Source of the DNA: Emiliania huxleyi CCMP1516
Lineage: Eukaryota
Length of the DNA: 64,000 bases
Assembly: GCF_000372725.1 (NCBI RefSeq)
Contig: NW_005201249.1
Coordinates: 272,198-336,197 of the forward strand
Reading direction: 5' to 3'
Shown one piece after another: positions 21,425 through 33,407 of this stretch (its first letter is position 1; each line of letters opens with the position of its first letter). The translations under genes were made by a program, and so were the position numbers. Under the pieces are notes generated by a model. The model ran no database searches and was not told the DNA's origin. It worked only from the letters and a program-made list of their open reading frames with translations.

Positions 21425-23437
21425 TCACACCAGCCTCACCGCGGCCTCGGGTTGGCTGCGCAGGCGGCGGGCCGCCACAGCCGCGCAGGCAACCGCCGCG
21501 AGGAGGGCGAGGGTGCGCGAGTCGGCCGGCGGTGCCAGCAGGAGCAGCTCCGACCAGAGCGAGGAGGGCGCGCATCCCAAGTCCGGGCTCGTGGCGTGCG
21601 ACGGGGGGCAGCCGGGGCGGCAGACGTGCACGGCGGCAAAGCACGAGACGCCAAAGCCCGCGGACTCCGCCCCGCACACCTCCCTCCAGCCCGGCGTCTC
21701 GTCGCAGGCGAGCAGCCCGGCGCAGCAGCCCTTTGCCGGCGGTGCAGAACCGCGGGCCGGCGCGGCGACCGGCCCCCCCTCGCCGACGCAGCCCGCCGGG
21801 GTCCACAGCGCGGCCTTGAGCTGCATCGCCGCGCGCGCCTCCCCCTGCTCCATCACCTCCTCCCACCGAGACCAGTTGAAGGCGGGCAAGTTGCGCGCCC
21901 GGCGCGCCGCGGCGACCGCGGCGGCCGCGAGGCGCCGCTCGCCCGCGCGCGCCACAATCTGCTCGGCGTGGCGGTGCGCCGACTCGGGGTAGATCTCCGG
22001 GCAAGTCTCGCTGCCGAGCGGCGAGGCGTCGGGGCCGTACCGCCACTCGTTCGAGCGGATGTACTTTGCCGTCGGGTAGTCGGGCGGGTCGCAGCCGACG
22101 TTCACCTCCGACTGCCACACGCGCACCCAATCGACGTGGAACGCGGTCCCGATCGGCCCGCCGTCGGCGGGCGCGTCGATTGCGCCGTAGCCCCCGTTCC
22201 ACGTCCCGATGGCGGAGTTGACGATGAGCGCCTAACACACGAGGGGCCAGACGGTGTGATGCCCGCCGCTCCAAAGGCGCCGGCGGCGGTGCTCGAGGAG
22301 CGCCATCGGCTCGCGAGGGAAGGCGCGCGCGGGCGTGCGCTCGCGCCGGCTCGCCGCCTCCCTGCCCGCCTCCCCCCCCGCCTCGCCAGGCCGCTGCGCC
22401 GAGGTGTCGACCGCATACGCGCCGAGGGCAGACTCGTCGAGGCTCCAGACGAGCCGCCCGTCGAGCAGCCACCGAAGCGAGCCGCCCTCGCCGCCGCCGC
22501 CGAGGAGCTCGACGCGGTAGGTGCGGTAGCGCTCGTCGAAGACGTCGTCGACGACCGAGGCCGAGATCGTGTCGGGGCAGCCCGTCGGGCAAGAGGCGCC
22601 CCAAGGCGGCCCGTACCACCCCTTGCCAGCGATGCCGTCGCCGTACTTGAGGCCAGAGTACCAGCTGCCGGGGCCGCGCTGCGCCGGGAGGGAGCCGATG
22701 GCGGGCTTGAAGTAGGCCGGCACCGCGGGCGAGATCTGGAGCGAGAAGACGGCGTAAGACGTTGCGGACGGCGACCGGACGGCCACCTCGGCCGCGTCGA
22801 TCTCGGTCGCGCCTCGCCCCTGGAACGGGTGCAGCCCGTCGACATCGAGGTCGTGGTCGTCGCACGCGCTGATTCGCTGCGGCGGCGAGTCTGGCGCCAG
22901 GGCGAGGTCGGCGTCGCACTCGTCGTACGACCACGGCCAGAGGCCCGTGTTGGAGCTCTGGTACACGGCGCGGCCGAGGTTGCCAAACAGCCAGAGCGCC
23001 GGCCAGTAGCCGCTTCCGTGCGGCATGCGCGCGCGGAACTCGACGACGCCGCCGGTGAAGCAAAACTTGTTCCACGACTGGAGCATCGCCGAGCGGAACG
23101 GCATCGTGATCTGACGCGTGCCGCTCGGATCCGGGCCGGTCGTGCGCTCGTACACGGTGGCGATGCGCAGCGCCGACACGCCGGGCTCCTCTGGGTCGAG
23201 CGCCACGGTCGCCTGCTCCGGCAGGTACACCGTCTTGCCCTCGTTGGCGGTGTCGGCGACGTGGAGCGCTGTCCACTTGGGATCCTCGCCGTTTGCAAAC
23301 GAGCGGCTCGGATCGTTGAACTCGTCCGAGAAGACGAGCCGGTGGAGCGCCAGCCCCGGCCCCGCCGCCGTCGTCCACGCGGACGGCGGCGTGGCGAGGT
23401 CGCACCAGCAGCAGGAGGCGAGCGCGGTGGCGTTCAT
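21425..23437 (-). CDS. KRE6/SKN1-like GH16 beta-glucan synthesis-associated protein
   Basis: LVFSDEFN, FRSAMLQSWNKFCFTGG, WPALWLFGNLGRA, WPWSYDEC, GRGATEIDAAE, PREPM|ALIVN, VDWVRVWQ, GCDPPDYPT; intron 22232-22303; C-terminal hydrophobic segment; start uncertain. Confidence 0.92.
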
Positions 23438-23543
23438 GGTTTGTCGGCGCGCAGGCAGCAACGTGCAGGAGGGCTACCCCAGGTACCAATGTTTCGGCAA
23501 AGGAGGCGCCCCGGGCCTGCTTTGTTTTTTCTTCTTTCACATC

Positions 23544-23856
23544 TGTAAGGTGCCTATATGGGCTTCCAGTATCGGACCTTCAAGATATGCGCTTTTGGCC
23601 GGTGGCCTCTTCGGACATGGTACCTCCGGTGAGATAGTGGCTGCCAGTTCGAGACTGGGGCCGATCGAACTTGAGTTGTTCGGAGGAGGAATCCGGCCAG
23701 CACGGGTACAAAGAGGGGTACCCGGAGAATCCCCAGCTGCGGAAACGTAGTGTCGCTCAAGAGGTGCGATACTGCGGGGGAGTGTAAGGTGCCTATATGG
23801 GCTTCCAGTATCGGACCTTCAAGATATGCGCTTTTGGCCGGTGGCCTCTTCGGACA
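23544..23856 (+). mobile_element. TRIM (miniature non-autonomous LTR retrotransposon), 313 bp
   Basis: Identical 74-bp TG...CA LTRs (23544-23617, 23783-23856); PBS TGGTACCTCCGG directly after LTR1; PPT GGGGGAG before LTR2; 5-bp TSD ACATC (23539-43, 23857-61). Confidence 0.93.
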
Positions 23857-24585
23857 ACATCGCCCCTTTAGCACCCTGTCCCACACCGTTGAGCGGCTCG
23901 GGCTCCCCCTCCCCTCCCCGCTGCCCGGCGCGGCGTGAGAGGCAGCACTCTTAGCGAGAGCACCCGTGGAGCACATGTTCTCTGTGCGAGAACCGAGCCG
24001 CGACCTATCTCATTTTGAGATTTGAGTCGGCGGCGGCGGGGGAGGCTGCCGGTCCCCGCCGGATTCCTTCCGGGGCGGGGCCGGAAGTTGGGCCGGAGGG
24101 GCCGAGGGGGGGGCGGGGGGGGGGGGGTTGCAGGCCATGTGCTCGGCGCCGGTCCGCAAATTCCTGGTTCCCGGGCGTCAAGGTGTCCGCAAATTCCTGG
24201 TGGCCGGGGGGGGGGGGGGGGCTCTCGAGAGAACACCTTGGGAAGGGCGCGCGGCGTCTCCCGGGAGCCGTCAGCCGACGGCGCACCGGTGCGTTTTGTG
24301 GCAAATGTAAATGCGCGCGGAGCAAGAAAGTGTGGAGAACGCAGCGGTGGAGCCGGGAGAAGCTGGCGGAGATGAGGCACGGCAGCGGAGAAAGCGACAC
24401 CAACAACGAGGGAAACGACCATACCGGTCGTCGCATAACGCTCGGGAGACGAGCAAGAGAGCGAATCAAGGAGGGTTGAGACCCTGGGAAGGCGAGGGGT
24501 GAGCCCTCAGGCGGGGGGGTCTACTCGAACGCCGACGCAAGTGAGTGTAGAGTGGTGGTGTGGGGCGTGCAGTGTGGTGTTCATT

Positions 24586-24810
24586 AGCTCCGAGTAGAGG
24601 GGGCGTCCTGCAGTTAAGGGGAAACCCGGTACGCGGGGCTAGCCCTCGGAGACCCGTGTTTACTTTACGGCCCTTTCCCCGCGAACGCGCACCCCCGGGG
24701 CTAGGGCTCTCTTGCCCGCAACCCGATCCCGATCATCCGGCCCGCTGGGTGCGCTTCTCAGCTCCCCGGCCCTGGATGTGAGGTAGCCGACTGCACTCCA
24801 AGTGCTCCAA
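24586..24810 (+). mobile_element. Dispersed repeat family C, ending in (CTCCAAGTG)n
   Basis: Reverse-complement match to 61696-62045; the tail motif also occurs at ~9236-9255 and ~228. Confidence 0.75.
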
Positions 24811-24953
24811 CGCGAGGTTATGTAGAATGTATAGAAATGGCTTAATGGTGGTGCCCTCTTTCGTTTTGGTTTTCCACACGCGGCGCCCCAAACTGACAGG
24901 TGACACAGTTGAGTACGTTAGCGGTTAGAGCTTAGAGAAGCGACGCAAGAGCG

Positions 24954-25982
24954 ATGTCTCGGATGCCGCCGTGGAAGCACGGCCTGGCCCACAGCCGCGT
25001 CGAGCAGCTTTGCGTCGGCGAGCGAGAGGAGAGGAGATGTGTGGAGAAGCTTCTCGCCGCAGGCATTCGCCGCTCGCCGCAGGCATTCGAGAAGGCGCGG
25101 CATTCGCCGCTGTTGCCCATGTCCCGCGCGAGCCCGCCCGCGCCCCCACATCTCTGGCGCCCGGCCGCCTCCTTGTGCCTCAGCGCCGCCGACTCGGTCA
25201 CGCTCTCCTCGGTGCAGGACACGCTCAAAATGGCGCTCGAGGACAAGGTTCAGGCGGTCGAGGACGAGAAGCAGTCGCTCAAAGCGGAGAAGCCGGACGA
25301 CTCCAACAAGCTCGGCACTTCGCGCGAGGTCAGGGTCTCCCTCGCCGCCGCCCCCCACCCACCCCTCCCACTCCGTCGCCGCCGCCGCCGCCGCGTCCGC
25401 CCACCCTCCCAGGTCGCCGTCGCGACCACGTCCGCCTCCCATGTCCGCAGCCGGGGGCCACTACCCCCCCCCCCCCACCACCACCACCACACGCAGGACG
25501 GCTCAATGCCGGCGACCCGCAAGCTAGCCTACTCGCCCAAGCCAAAGCCCGCCGCGGACGCCGCCGCCGGGGAGCACCAGCCCAGCCCCAACTCCTTTGC
25601 GCTCCTCACCACGGCCGACGAGGAGAAGACCGAGGAGAAGGGCGCGCCGCAGGCCGACATGAAGACTATGGTAAGGAGCCCCCGTCCCTCCCTCGCCCCG
25701 CCCCTCCTCCCTCAACACCGTCGAGAGCTTCAGCCTTGTGCCTTTTGTGGCTGCACCTCGCACCTCTCCCTCCCCCTCCGCCCACCCGCCCCGAGCGACG
25801 CCGCCCGCCGCCGCCCGCCCCGCGCCCCCTCCCTCCGACCCCGCCACCGCCGCCGCCGCTCACACCCGCGCGCCCCAGGCGCAGCTCGGCGAGGCCAAGA
25901 ACGAGAAGAACAAGGCGCCGACCCAGGCGGATAAGGACCGCGCCGCGGGCGTCGCCAAGGAGATTCGGCCCCATCCGCCCCG
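24954..25982 (+). CDS. Hypothetical charged protein, multi-exon, runs into gap
   Basis: Coding-like segments (DTLKMALEDKVQAVEDEK, DGSMPATRKLAYSP, AQLGEAKNEKNK) separated by C-rich GC/GT-AG introns. Confidence 0.5.
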
Positions 25983-26177
25983 NNNNNNNNNNNNNNNNNN
26001 NNNNNNNNNNNNNNNNNNNNNNNNNNNNNNNNNNNNNNNNNNNNNNNNNNNNNNNNNNNNNNNNNNNNNNNNNNNNNNNNNNGAAAGTAGGAAGGATATG
26101 GGTAGGGGGGGGGAGAGAACAGCTACTCCGCTCAGCACCTTCCATGCTGACGCCCAGTCCCTCTCGTACACACGCAG

Positions 26178-26993
26178 GCGCGGGCGCCACGCTCCTCGCG
26201 ACCAACCTCTTGCCGACGCCGCTCGCGGCTTTGCGCTCAGACGCCATCGTGCACGAGACGGAGACGGCCGACACGATCATGGGCGAGGCGCAGAAGGACT
26301 CGGCCAAGGTCTCCACCGCTGCGGATAGCGCCGAGATTCCCGTCACGTTGAAGAGCATCATGGCCGAGTTCGCGGCGTTCAAGAGCGACACCCAGAAGAA
26401 GGAGGAGGAGACGCAGAAGAAGGACGCGGCGTTGGCTGACTTCAAGGAGGAGATGAAGAAGAAGGACGAGATGATCGCCGAGCTACTCGCCGCGCGCAAG
26501 AGCAAGACGGACCACAAGCAGGTCCAGATGTCGGCCGGCGGCGAGGTGGTCGAGCTGGTGAGCGCCGAGGACCTCAAGGCGCTGGAGGCGCGCATGCAGG
26601 CTGCTGAAGAGCGCGTCGAGGAGTGCGTCGCTCAGAACGCCGCGCAAGACGCCAAGATCGGCGCGCTCCGCGACAAGCCGGCCCCGCCCAACCCGCCGGC
26701 GGCCGCGGCTCGCCCGCCGGCAGCGGCGCGGCGGCAGCTCTCCTCCGCGACCGGCGACGAGACCGAGCTCGCCATCACGGGGACGAAAGCGACGCTCTCC
26801 TTCAACAGCCGCACGCCCGACCTGACGGCGACCCGCCTGACCGGCGAGGGGGACGGCAAGCTGACGTGCAGCGGCGAGCTGCACGCGACGGACTTTGTCA
26901 CAGCGGACGGTGGAAGTGTCACCGAGCAGTTCGAGTCGCTTCGGAAGTTTGTGGGCATGATGCCGCCGTCGACTCCGCCGACACCGCCGTCCA

Positions 26994-27034
<41 letters not shown>

Positions 27035-27721
27035 ACGCCGCCGACATCGCCGCCTTCGCCGCCGCCATCGGTACCGCCGCCTGCGCCGCCGCCGCCGCCT
27101 CCGATAGCGCCTCCTTCATTCCAACAGTTATCACCATCTGGGGTATGTGTCGATGCGGCCGGCCTAGAGCTTACACGTTGTTATGGCCTTGGCTCTGCAA
27201 GCTGGATCACAGACTGTCCTCAGCATTGCCTCATGGATAGCAACTGCATCGCCTACATGACTGACTCGAGAACCAGTGGTACATATGCCTTCGGTTGCGT
27301 GTTGTATACGACCCGCGCATGCTGGAGCAACACCACTTTCATTGCTGGCAGTGCACAACCGGTAGCTGGAAGTCAATCAAATCCTGTTTGGACCTGTTAC
27401 AGGAAGGAGCCGCCGCCGTCGCTGCAGCCACCTGCACCACCAGCACCAGCATCGCCGCCCTCCCTCCCGCCTTTTCCGCCGCCGCTCCTGTACGAAAGCT
27501 ACGGTGGCTGCTATCTCATCACAACGGAGGCCGAGTGTGTTGCTTCCAAAGATTCACGGTCGTCGTATTTAGACCAGGCGTGCACGTGGTGTTGCGGCTT
27601 GACTTGCTTGCCTGCTGTCAATTCGCAGCGGTGTCAACCGTACGATTGGCTGATGACGCGAAGCGACTACTCAGGAACAGGAAGGAACGGTGCAGGCTAC
27701 AACACTTGCCCTCCGCAGTAG
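26178..27721 (+). CDS. Coiled-coil + Pro-rich + Cys-rich (PAN/PSI-like) extracellular-type protein, 3' part
   Basis: Open frame after the gap: K/E-rich coil, RRQL motif, SPPPSPP linker, CPQHCLMDSNCIAYM..CVLY and CTWCCG..RCQPYDWL modules. Confidence 0.65.
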
Positions 27722-28205
27722 TGTGACACGCACGGGTGTCGGTGGTAGCGAGTGAGCCGCGCGCGAGAAATCACGCGGCGCGGCTCGGTGGGGGTCGTGA
27801 TTTCTCGCACAAGGGTTTCGATCAAGACGCCCGTCGAAAGTGTTACGTGGCTGGGTTCACAGCGATTGTAGGATCTAGGAAAATTGGGAGACCAAACCAC
27901 GGTCGCGGCGTTCCGACTCGCGCCTCTGGCTCTGCCTCACTGGCATGTGGGGTTGGCACTCCCATCGACCCTCATGACCTCCTGCGGTCTCTGAGATGGA
28001 CACCAGTGGGTGTGGGACCACAGCCAGGATACACTCGAAGGCTGGGTAAGCAGTAGAGGTCGATACTCGATGCGTCCCACATGGTCCGCCGTCTTCAGTA
28101 ACTGCATGGACTTTGGGGGTGGGTGCCCCAAGCCCCCAGCCCTAAGTCCTACTCCGCTACCTACAGCTCAGACCAAAAGCCACTCGAGAGCCAGGGAACG
28201 ATATA

Positions 28206-28461
28206 AGCGGTCTCTCTTTCGCTACGTGTTCGACGGGTCGTCGAACAACGTTCGACCATGGCACTGGTTCACAGCGCGCGCGGACGGCATTTCTGCGAGT
28301 CCCGCTCAGCAGGACTTTTGTAAAGCATGCTTGTGGCAAGTTATAGACGCTAGTATCGACTTCAGAGACACAAACCCGAATTAATAATTAAGGCTCAAAA
28401 CATGGTCGAACAACCGTCGAACAAACAGGTCGAACAACGAAAAGAGACTAGTGCGACCGCT
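28206..28461. repeat. Imperfect inverted-repeat (MITE-like) element with GTTCGAC subrepeats
   Basis: AGCGGTC..TCTCTTTCG..GTTCGAC..GTTCGACCATG (28206-28260) versus the reverse complement of 28401-28461. Confidence 0.5.
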
Positions 28462-29041
28462 AGACGGCGGTCTCCGCCCGCCCCAAGGCTGCCCAGTCCC
28501 AGTACCACACCGGCCACGTACACCGTAGCGCTGGAGTTGGTCAGTGAGGCACTAGACGGGCTACGGAACCATGCGCGCGCCGGCCGGACAGTCTGCGCGC
28601 AGGGGCCGCGCCGCATCGATTTCGCACCTCCGCTCCGCGGCCGGCTGAGGGGCCAGCTCGCCCGGCGACAAGCCCAGACAACGCCCAGCGCCCGGTATCG
28701 ACGGGGGCCACGCAAAAACCCGCACCTACGACAAGGGTGAGCACGTGAGGGCGTCGGTGTCGGCCGCAGGCGGGCTGCGAGGAGGGCGCGGGTGGGAGCA
28801 TGGGAGATGCACCACCGCTCGACGAAGACGCGCCCGACGAAGCCCTGCTAGCGGAGGATGGTCGATTATCACCGAATAGCGTCGGGCGTGTGCGAAAAAG
28901 AGCGCAAATCGGAGCTCAACACTCGCGCGCGGCTGGGAAAGGGGTGTGGCACCCCTCCGAAGGCGCCTCGCGAGGAGCTGCTGCTGCCGCCAGGGGTGTG
29001 ATGCGCTAGCCGTCGCCCACCCTAGAAAGAAATGTCACCAA

Positions 29042-29460
29042 AAAAGAAAGAAAACGGACAACCCAAGGGAGGGATGGGAGGACGGCACGCCGCCACCACA
29101 CAGGGATTTTAAGGAGAGGGGTGTGGTGCACTAGCCGTCGCCCACCCTTGGGCGTCCGCCTCTTCCTATCTCTCTTCGCAGTCTCTCTCCGATTCTCGCT
29201 GCGACCTTCGTGCCACCTCGTGGTCGCCCCCTTCTCGTCGTGCTCTCCCTTGTCGCTTCTTCCTCTGTCGTGTCGCTCTCCTCTGTCTCGTTCTGCGACG
29301 CCGCCGCCGCCTGCCGGTCCCTTGTTCTCGCGGCTTCTTTCGCCTTTCGGCGCAGCTCCGCCCTCCTCGCTGCATATCCTGGCCCCTCGAGTTTATCGAG
29401 CTCTCCTCGCGCAAGGACGAGTCTTCTGACGCCCACTGCGATCATTTGCCACCCAGTCAT
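29042..29460 (-). mobile_element. Longest family A copy, carrying a coding-like C-terminus
   Basis: Reverse complement of 61450-61695 plus tail; frame ...EAARTRDRQAAAS...KVAARIGERLRREIGRGGRPRVGDG* conserved between copies. Confidence 0.8.
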
Positions 29461-29476
29461 ATAGAAATGTCACCAT

Positions 29477-29640
29477 AAATAAATAAATACAACGGACATC
29501 CCAAGCTAGGGCTGGGTCGAGGACAGACACGTCCCCACCTTTGCAGGATTTTGCAAAAGCGAGGGGGGAGGGCGCATCGCCGCGCGGAGAGGGCTGGGCA
29601 CAGGGCACAGGGGATCTCTCTCGCATAGGATATGCACTCG
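29477..29640 (-). mobile_element. Dispersed repeat family B with (TTTA)n tail
   Basis: Similar to 61249-61447 (TCCTAT.CGAGAGAG..GGTGGGGAC..GTCTGTCCT..TATTTATTT); tail end also at ~62994-63025. Confidence 0.65.
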
Positions 29641-29877
29641 GCGGCACGAGGGCAAGGCTGGGCGTCCTATGTTTGTGCTCCCCCCCGGACCCCTCGCTCT
29701 CGGGCACTAACCATCTGACCACTCATCGACGGGGCTTGGCGAGCGGCCGCGCTGCGGGGCAGGGCTGGTGAGAATGGGCTCTGGCCACTCGCCCGTGCGG
29801 TTGTAACCCCGCATCTGTCGGACAGAGGCCTCGACCGCCCCTCGCGGCAAGCTCTCGAGCATCTCGAGCAGCTAGAA

Positions 29878-31205
29878 ATGTCACCACGCCACAATCGATT
29901 TCGGCGACGAATTCTTGTCGCTCGCGCTCGAGCTACAGCGGCTTGCGAACGTGATCAAACTCTGCTTCAAGGACTTCCCTACGCACTTCACGAGGTTCTT
30001 CAGGGACTGCGAGAACGACGGGATTGCCATCCTCCAGAAGCTTCCAACCGTCCAGTACACCGAGGAAGAGAGCGCGATCGTGATCAACGCCGCGTCGAAC
30101 TTTATTCTCACTGGCGCGCCTCCGCTTCTCAACAATGACACCTTCGACGACTGGACAAGGGACTTCGAGAAGACGCAGCGGCGCGTCCCACCTGCTCTGC
30201 GCGTCATCGCCTCCGACACCGCCAAGATACAGAGGATCGACCATCTCTTCGTCACTCAACCCGACATCTCCAACGATTGGCGGACCCACATCAGGGTCGA
30301 GAGGTACATCAAGAAGGAGAGTGGCGAGGCCGTATCCTACGAGTGGTACGTCGAGCAGGCAGAGTCTTTCCTCCGCCGTCGAGCCGCCCAAGACGCGCTG
30401 CGTGAAACCTGTCTACGACCTTCGGCACATCGGGATGGTTCGTCAAGTGGCAGGGAGCTACGATCAATTGGGGGTCGAAAAAGCAGCCCTGCGTCGCCCT
30501 CTCGTCGTGTGAGGCTGAGATCATCTCGCTGTCCGAGGCGACGAAGGACATGGTCTACTTTCGCCGTCTGGTCTCCGACCTCGACCCCGGCGCCGTCGAC
30601 GGTCCCTCGGAGGTCAGCACCGACAACAAGGGCGCGCGCGACGTCGCCTACAATCCCGAACACCACGGTCGCATGAAGCACGTCGAGCGGCGTCACTTCT
30701 TCGTGCGCGACATGGTGGAGAAGTTCGAGATTCGCGTCCCTTGGATCGAGGGCGAAGGCAATGTGAGCGACTTCCTTACGAAGCCGCTCGCGAGCTCGAC
30801 GCGGTTCTTCAAACTTCGCGACGAGATTATGAATGTGCGCGGCCAGACCGCTCACGTCGTGTGCGGTGCCCGCTTTGCGTGAGCGATCCCGCGCCCGCGA
30901 GGTCCAATCTCGCATTGTGTCATTCACGCTTCGGGCAGCCGGGTTGCCGCTTTCGACCTCCCCTGGTCTCAATCGGGGGGGGGCGTCGCTGCCCGGGGAT
31001 TGATCTCCCACTCTTGTGTGTCATTACCCATTCACGCTCTCTCGTGTGTCATTACCCGATCCCAATTACTGGGGATTGGGTTCGTATATTCATTCAACGA
31101 CGAAGTCGAACAAAGGGTGTGCGATCGCTCCTGCGTGCACTGCCCGGACTCGTCGCCTGGGACGGCGGCTGTGGACCCGCCTCCCAACCACGCCACGCCC
31201 TTACA
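29878..31205 (+). mobile_element. Internally deleted Ty1/copia LTR retrotransposon remnant
   Basis: 30406-30882 encodes copia RNase H (TSGW..INWGSKKQPCVALSSCEAE..TDNKGA..HGRMKHVERRHFFVRD..NVSDFLTKPL); upstream gag-like ORF in another frame; G9 PPT at 30975; possible LTR to ...TTACA 31205. Confidence 0.85.
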
Positions 31206-31373
31206 ATCATACGCATAAAAAACCCGGACTCAAGCAAAAACCTGACTTTCTCTCTCTCGGCCTGTAAGAAAGGACAGGTCGGCTCTCTCCGTTCCCGCTT
31301 TCCGCTCCCTCTCCACGCCCTCTCCTCGCGCTCCATCGTTCTCGGCCAGAATTGAATCATCCCCATTCGAGCG

Positions 31374-33319
31374 ATGTGCGGCTTCTTCTCGCCTCCTCCG
31401 CCTCCTCCGCCGGCGGCGGCCGCGCTGCTGACGCAGGTCATCGAGGCAGCGCCGCCTCTCTTCAGCTTCCAGTTTGGCATGGCGATGCTCGTGCTGGCGC
31501 TTTCGCTTACGCTGATGCCGCTCATCCGGGAGCGGCTGCGGGGCGGCGGAGACGCCGCCGCCACGGCGCGGCCGGCGGCCGAAGGCGACGAGGGCGAGGG
31601 CGACAGCGACGGCGAGGGCGACGACGAGGGTGACGACGAGCACCTCGGGTGGGTGCTGGCGGAGAGGCTGCGGAACGCGCGCTTCGACCCTCGCGAGATG
31701 GTGGCGTCGGTCATCTCTCAGCTCGGCGAGTCCGCCTTCCTCGTCGTCTCCTCCTTCCTCGCCGTCGCCGCAGTCGGCCTTCAGACAGCCTCGCGGTGGG
31801 GCAGGCAGACGATGACTGGCAGGTCCGTGGCGTGGAGCGCAAACGAGAAGGTCAAGGTGCTCGTCGCGTCGGCAAAGGCGCAGCCCAACACCGAGAACGA
31901 GAGCGAGATCGAGCGAGATCGAGCGAGCTTGCTCCGGGCCGTCGTGTGAGGGGAGTGAGGAGGAGCCGAGGGTCGGCTCCCTTGCTCTCCCTTGCTCCTA
32001 GATAGCTCCGCCCTCCCGACTCCGCCCCTCAGGCGCGCGCAGAGGAGGCGTCCCTCCGCTCGATGGCGCTGCGCGCCTTCCGCGACGCCGACATCTCCGG
32101 CGACGGCAGATGCGGGCCGCGCTCTTTCCTCGGCACACGTCCACGACACGTCCGGGACGCGTCCTCATAGGCGACGGGGAGGTGGGCCGGTGCCGGGGTC
32201 TCGTGGACGTGTCATGGACGTGTCGTGGACGCGTAGGCGACGGGGAGGTGGACCATGCCGAGGTCTACTGCGTGGTGCTCAAGCTGTATCTGCAGCTGCG
32301 CGCGCTGGCGGTGGTGACGCCGCCTTCGCGCGATCACGTTCTCAAGCTCGCCAAGCGCTTCGACCTCGACGGCGCGAGACCTCCTCATATCTCCCCATAT
32401 CTCCCCATGTCTCCCCATATCTCCGGCCTCGACGGCGCGAGACCTCCTCATATCTCCCCATATCTCCCCATGTCTCCCCATATCTCCGGCCTCGACGGCG
32501 CGAGACCTCCTCATATCTCCCCATATCTCCCCATGTCTCCCCATATCTCCGACCTCGACGGCGCGAGACCTCCTCATATCTCCCCATATCTCCCCATGTC
32601 TCCCCATATCTCCGACCTCGACGGCGCGAGACCTCCGGAGAGGAGCTGCCCGAGAGGAGCTGCCCAGCCCAGACCCGCCCCCGCAGGCTCGGGCCACCTC
32701 GGAGAGGAGGAGTTCGTGTTGTTCGTCTCGGTCCTCTTTGAGAACGTCGCCGCCCGCGTCGCCGCGCAGGCCCCCGCAGGACGGGGGAGGGGTGGGGCAG
32801 GGCGGGGAGAGGTCGGGGGAGAGAGAGCAGTCTGAAACATCGGGGGGTAAGGCGGGGGTTGGAAGGGGAGTCGGGGGACGCCGTTGAGCCGAGCGGTGGT
32901 CGCCCGTGCTCGGCTGCACTTCGGCCGCACCTCGGCTGCAGCTCGGCCGCACCTCCCTCCCCCGCAGGTCTCGCTCGCCGGCCTCCTCTCTCCGTATCTC
33001 GCGGCGCGCGCCATCATGCGGGCGGTCGACTCGCCGTCGGTGATGGAGGGGGCGCGATCGCTGACGCCAGGCGTCGCGGCGCCATACTTGAGCCGAGATA
33101 TGGGGAGATATGGGGAGATATGGGGAGATATGACGCCAGGCGTGGCGGCGCGATACTTGAGCCGCCCGAGATTACGCGAGATCACGCGAGATTACCCGAG
33201 ATTAGGCGTGGCGGCGCCATACTTAAGCCGAGCCGTGGTCGAGACGGCGACCACCGCCGCGCTGGTCGCGATCCTTGTCCCCTTCACGCTCGGGATCGTC
33301 GACGAGGTCTGCGCCGCCA

Positions 33320-33407
<88 letters not shown>

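Noticed and set aside
21173..23548. 791-aa (+) and 714-aa (-) ORFs
   Set aside because: Arg/Gly/Ala-rich shadow frames of the GC-rich KRE6-like gene
23618..23700. tRNA gene
   Set aside because: Only a PBS and a T-arm-like hairpin; no full cloverleaf
24971..27721. Single 916-aa ORF
   Set aside because: Reads through a 100-N gap and intronic low-complexity sequence; only the part after the gap is credible in this frame
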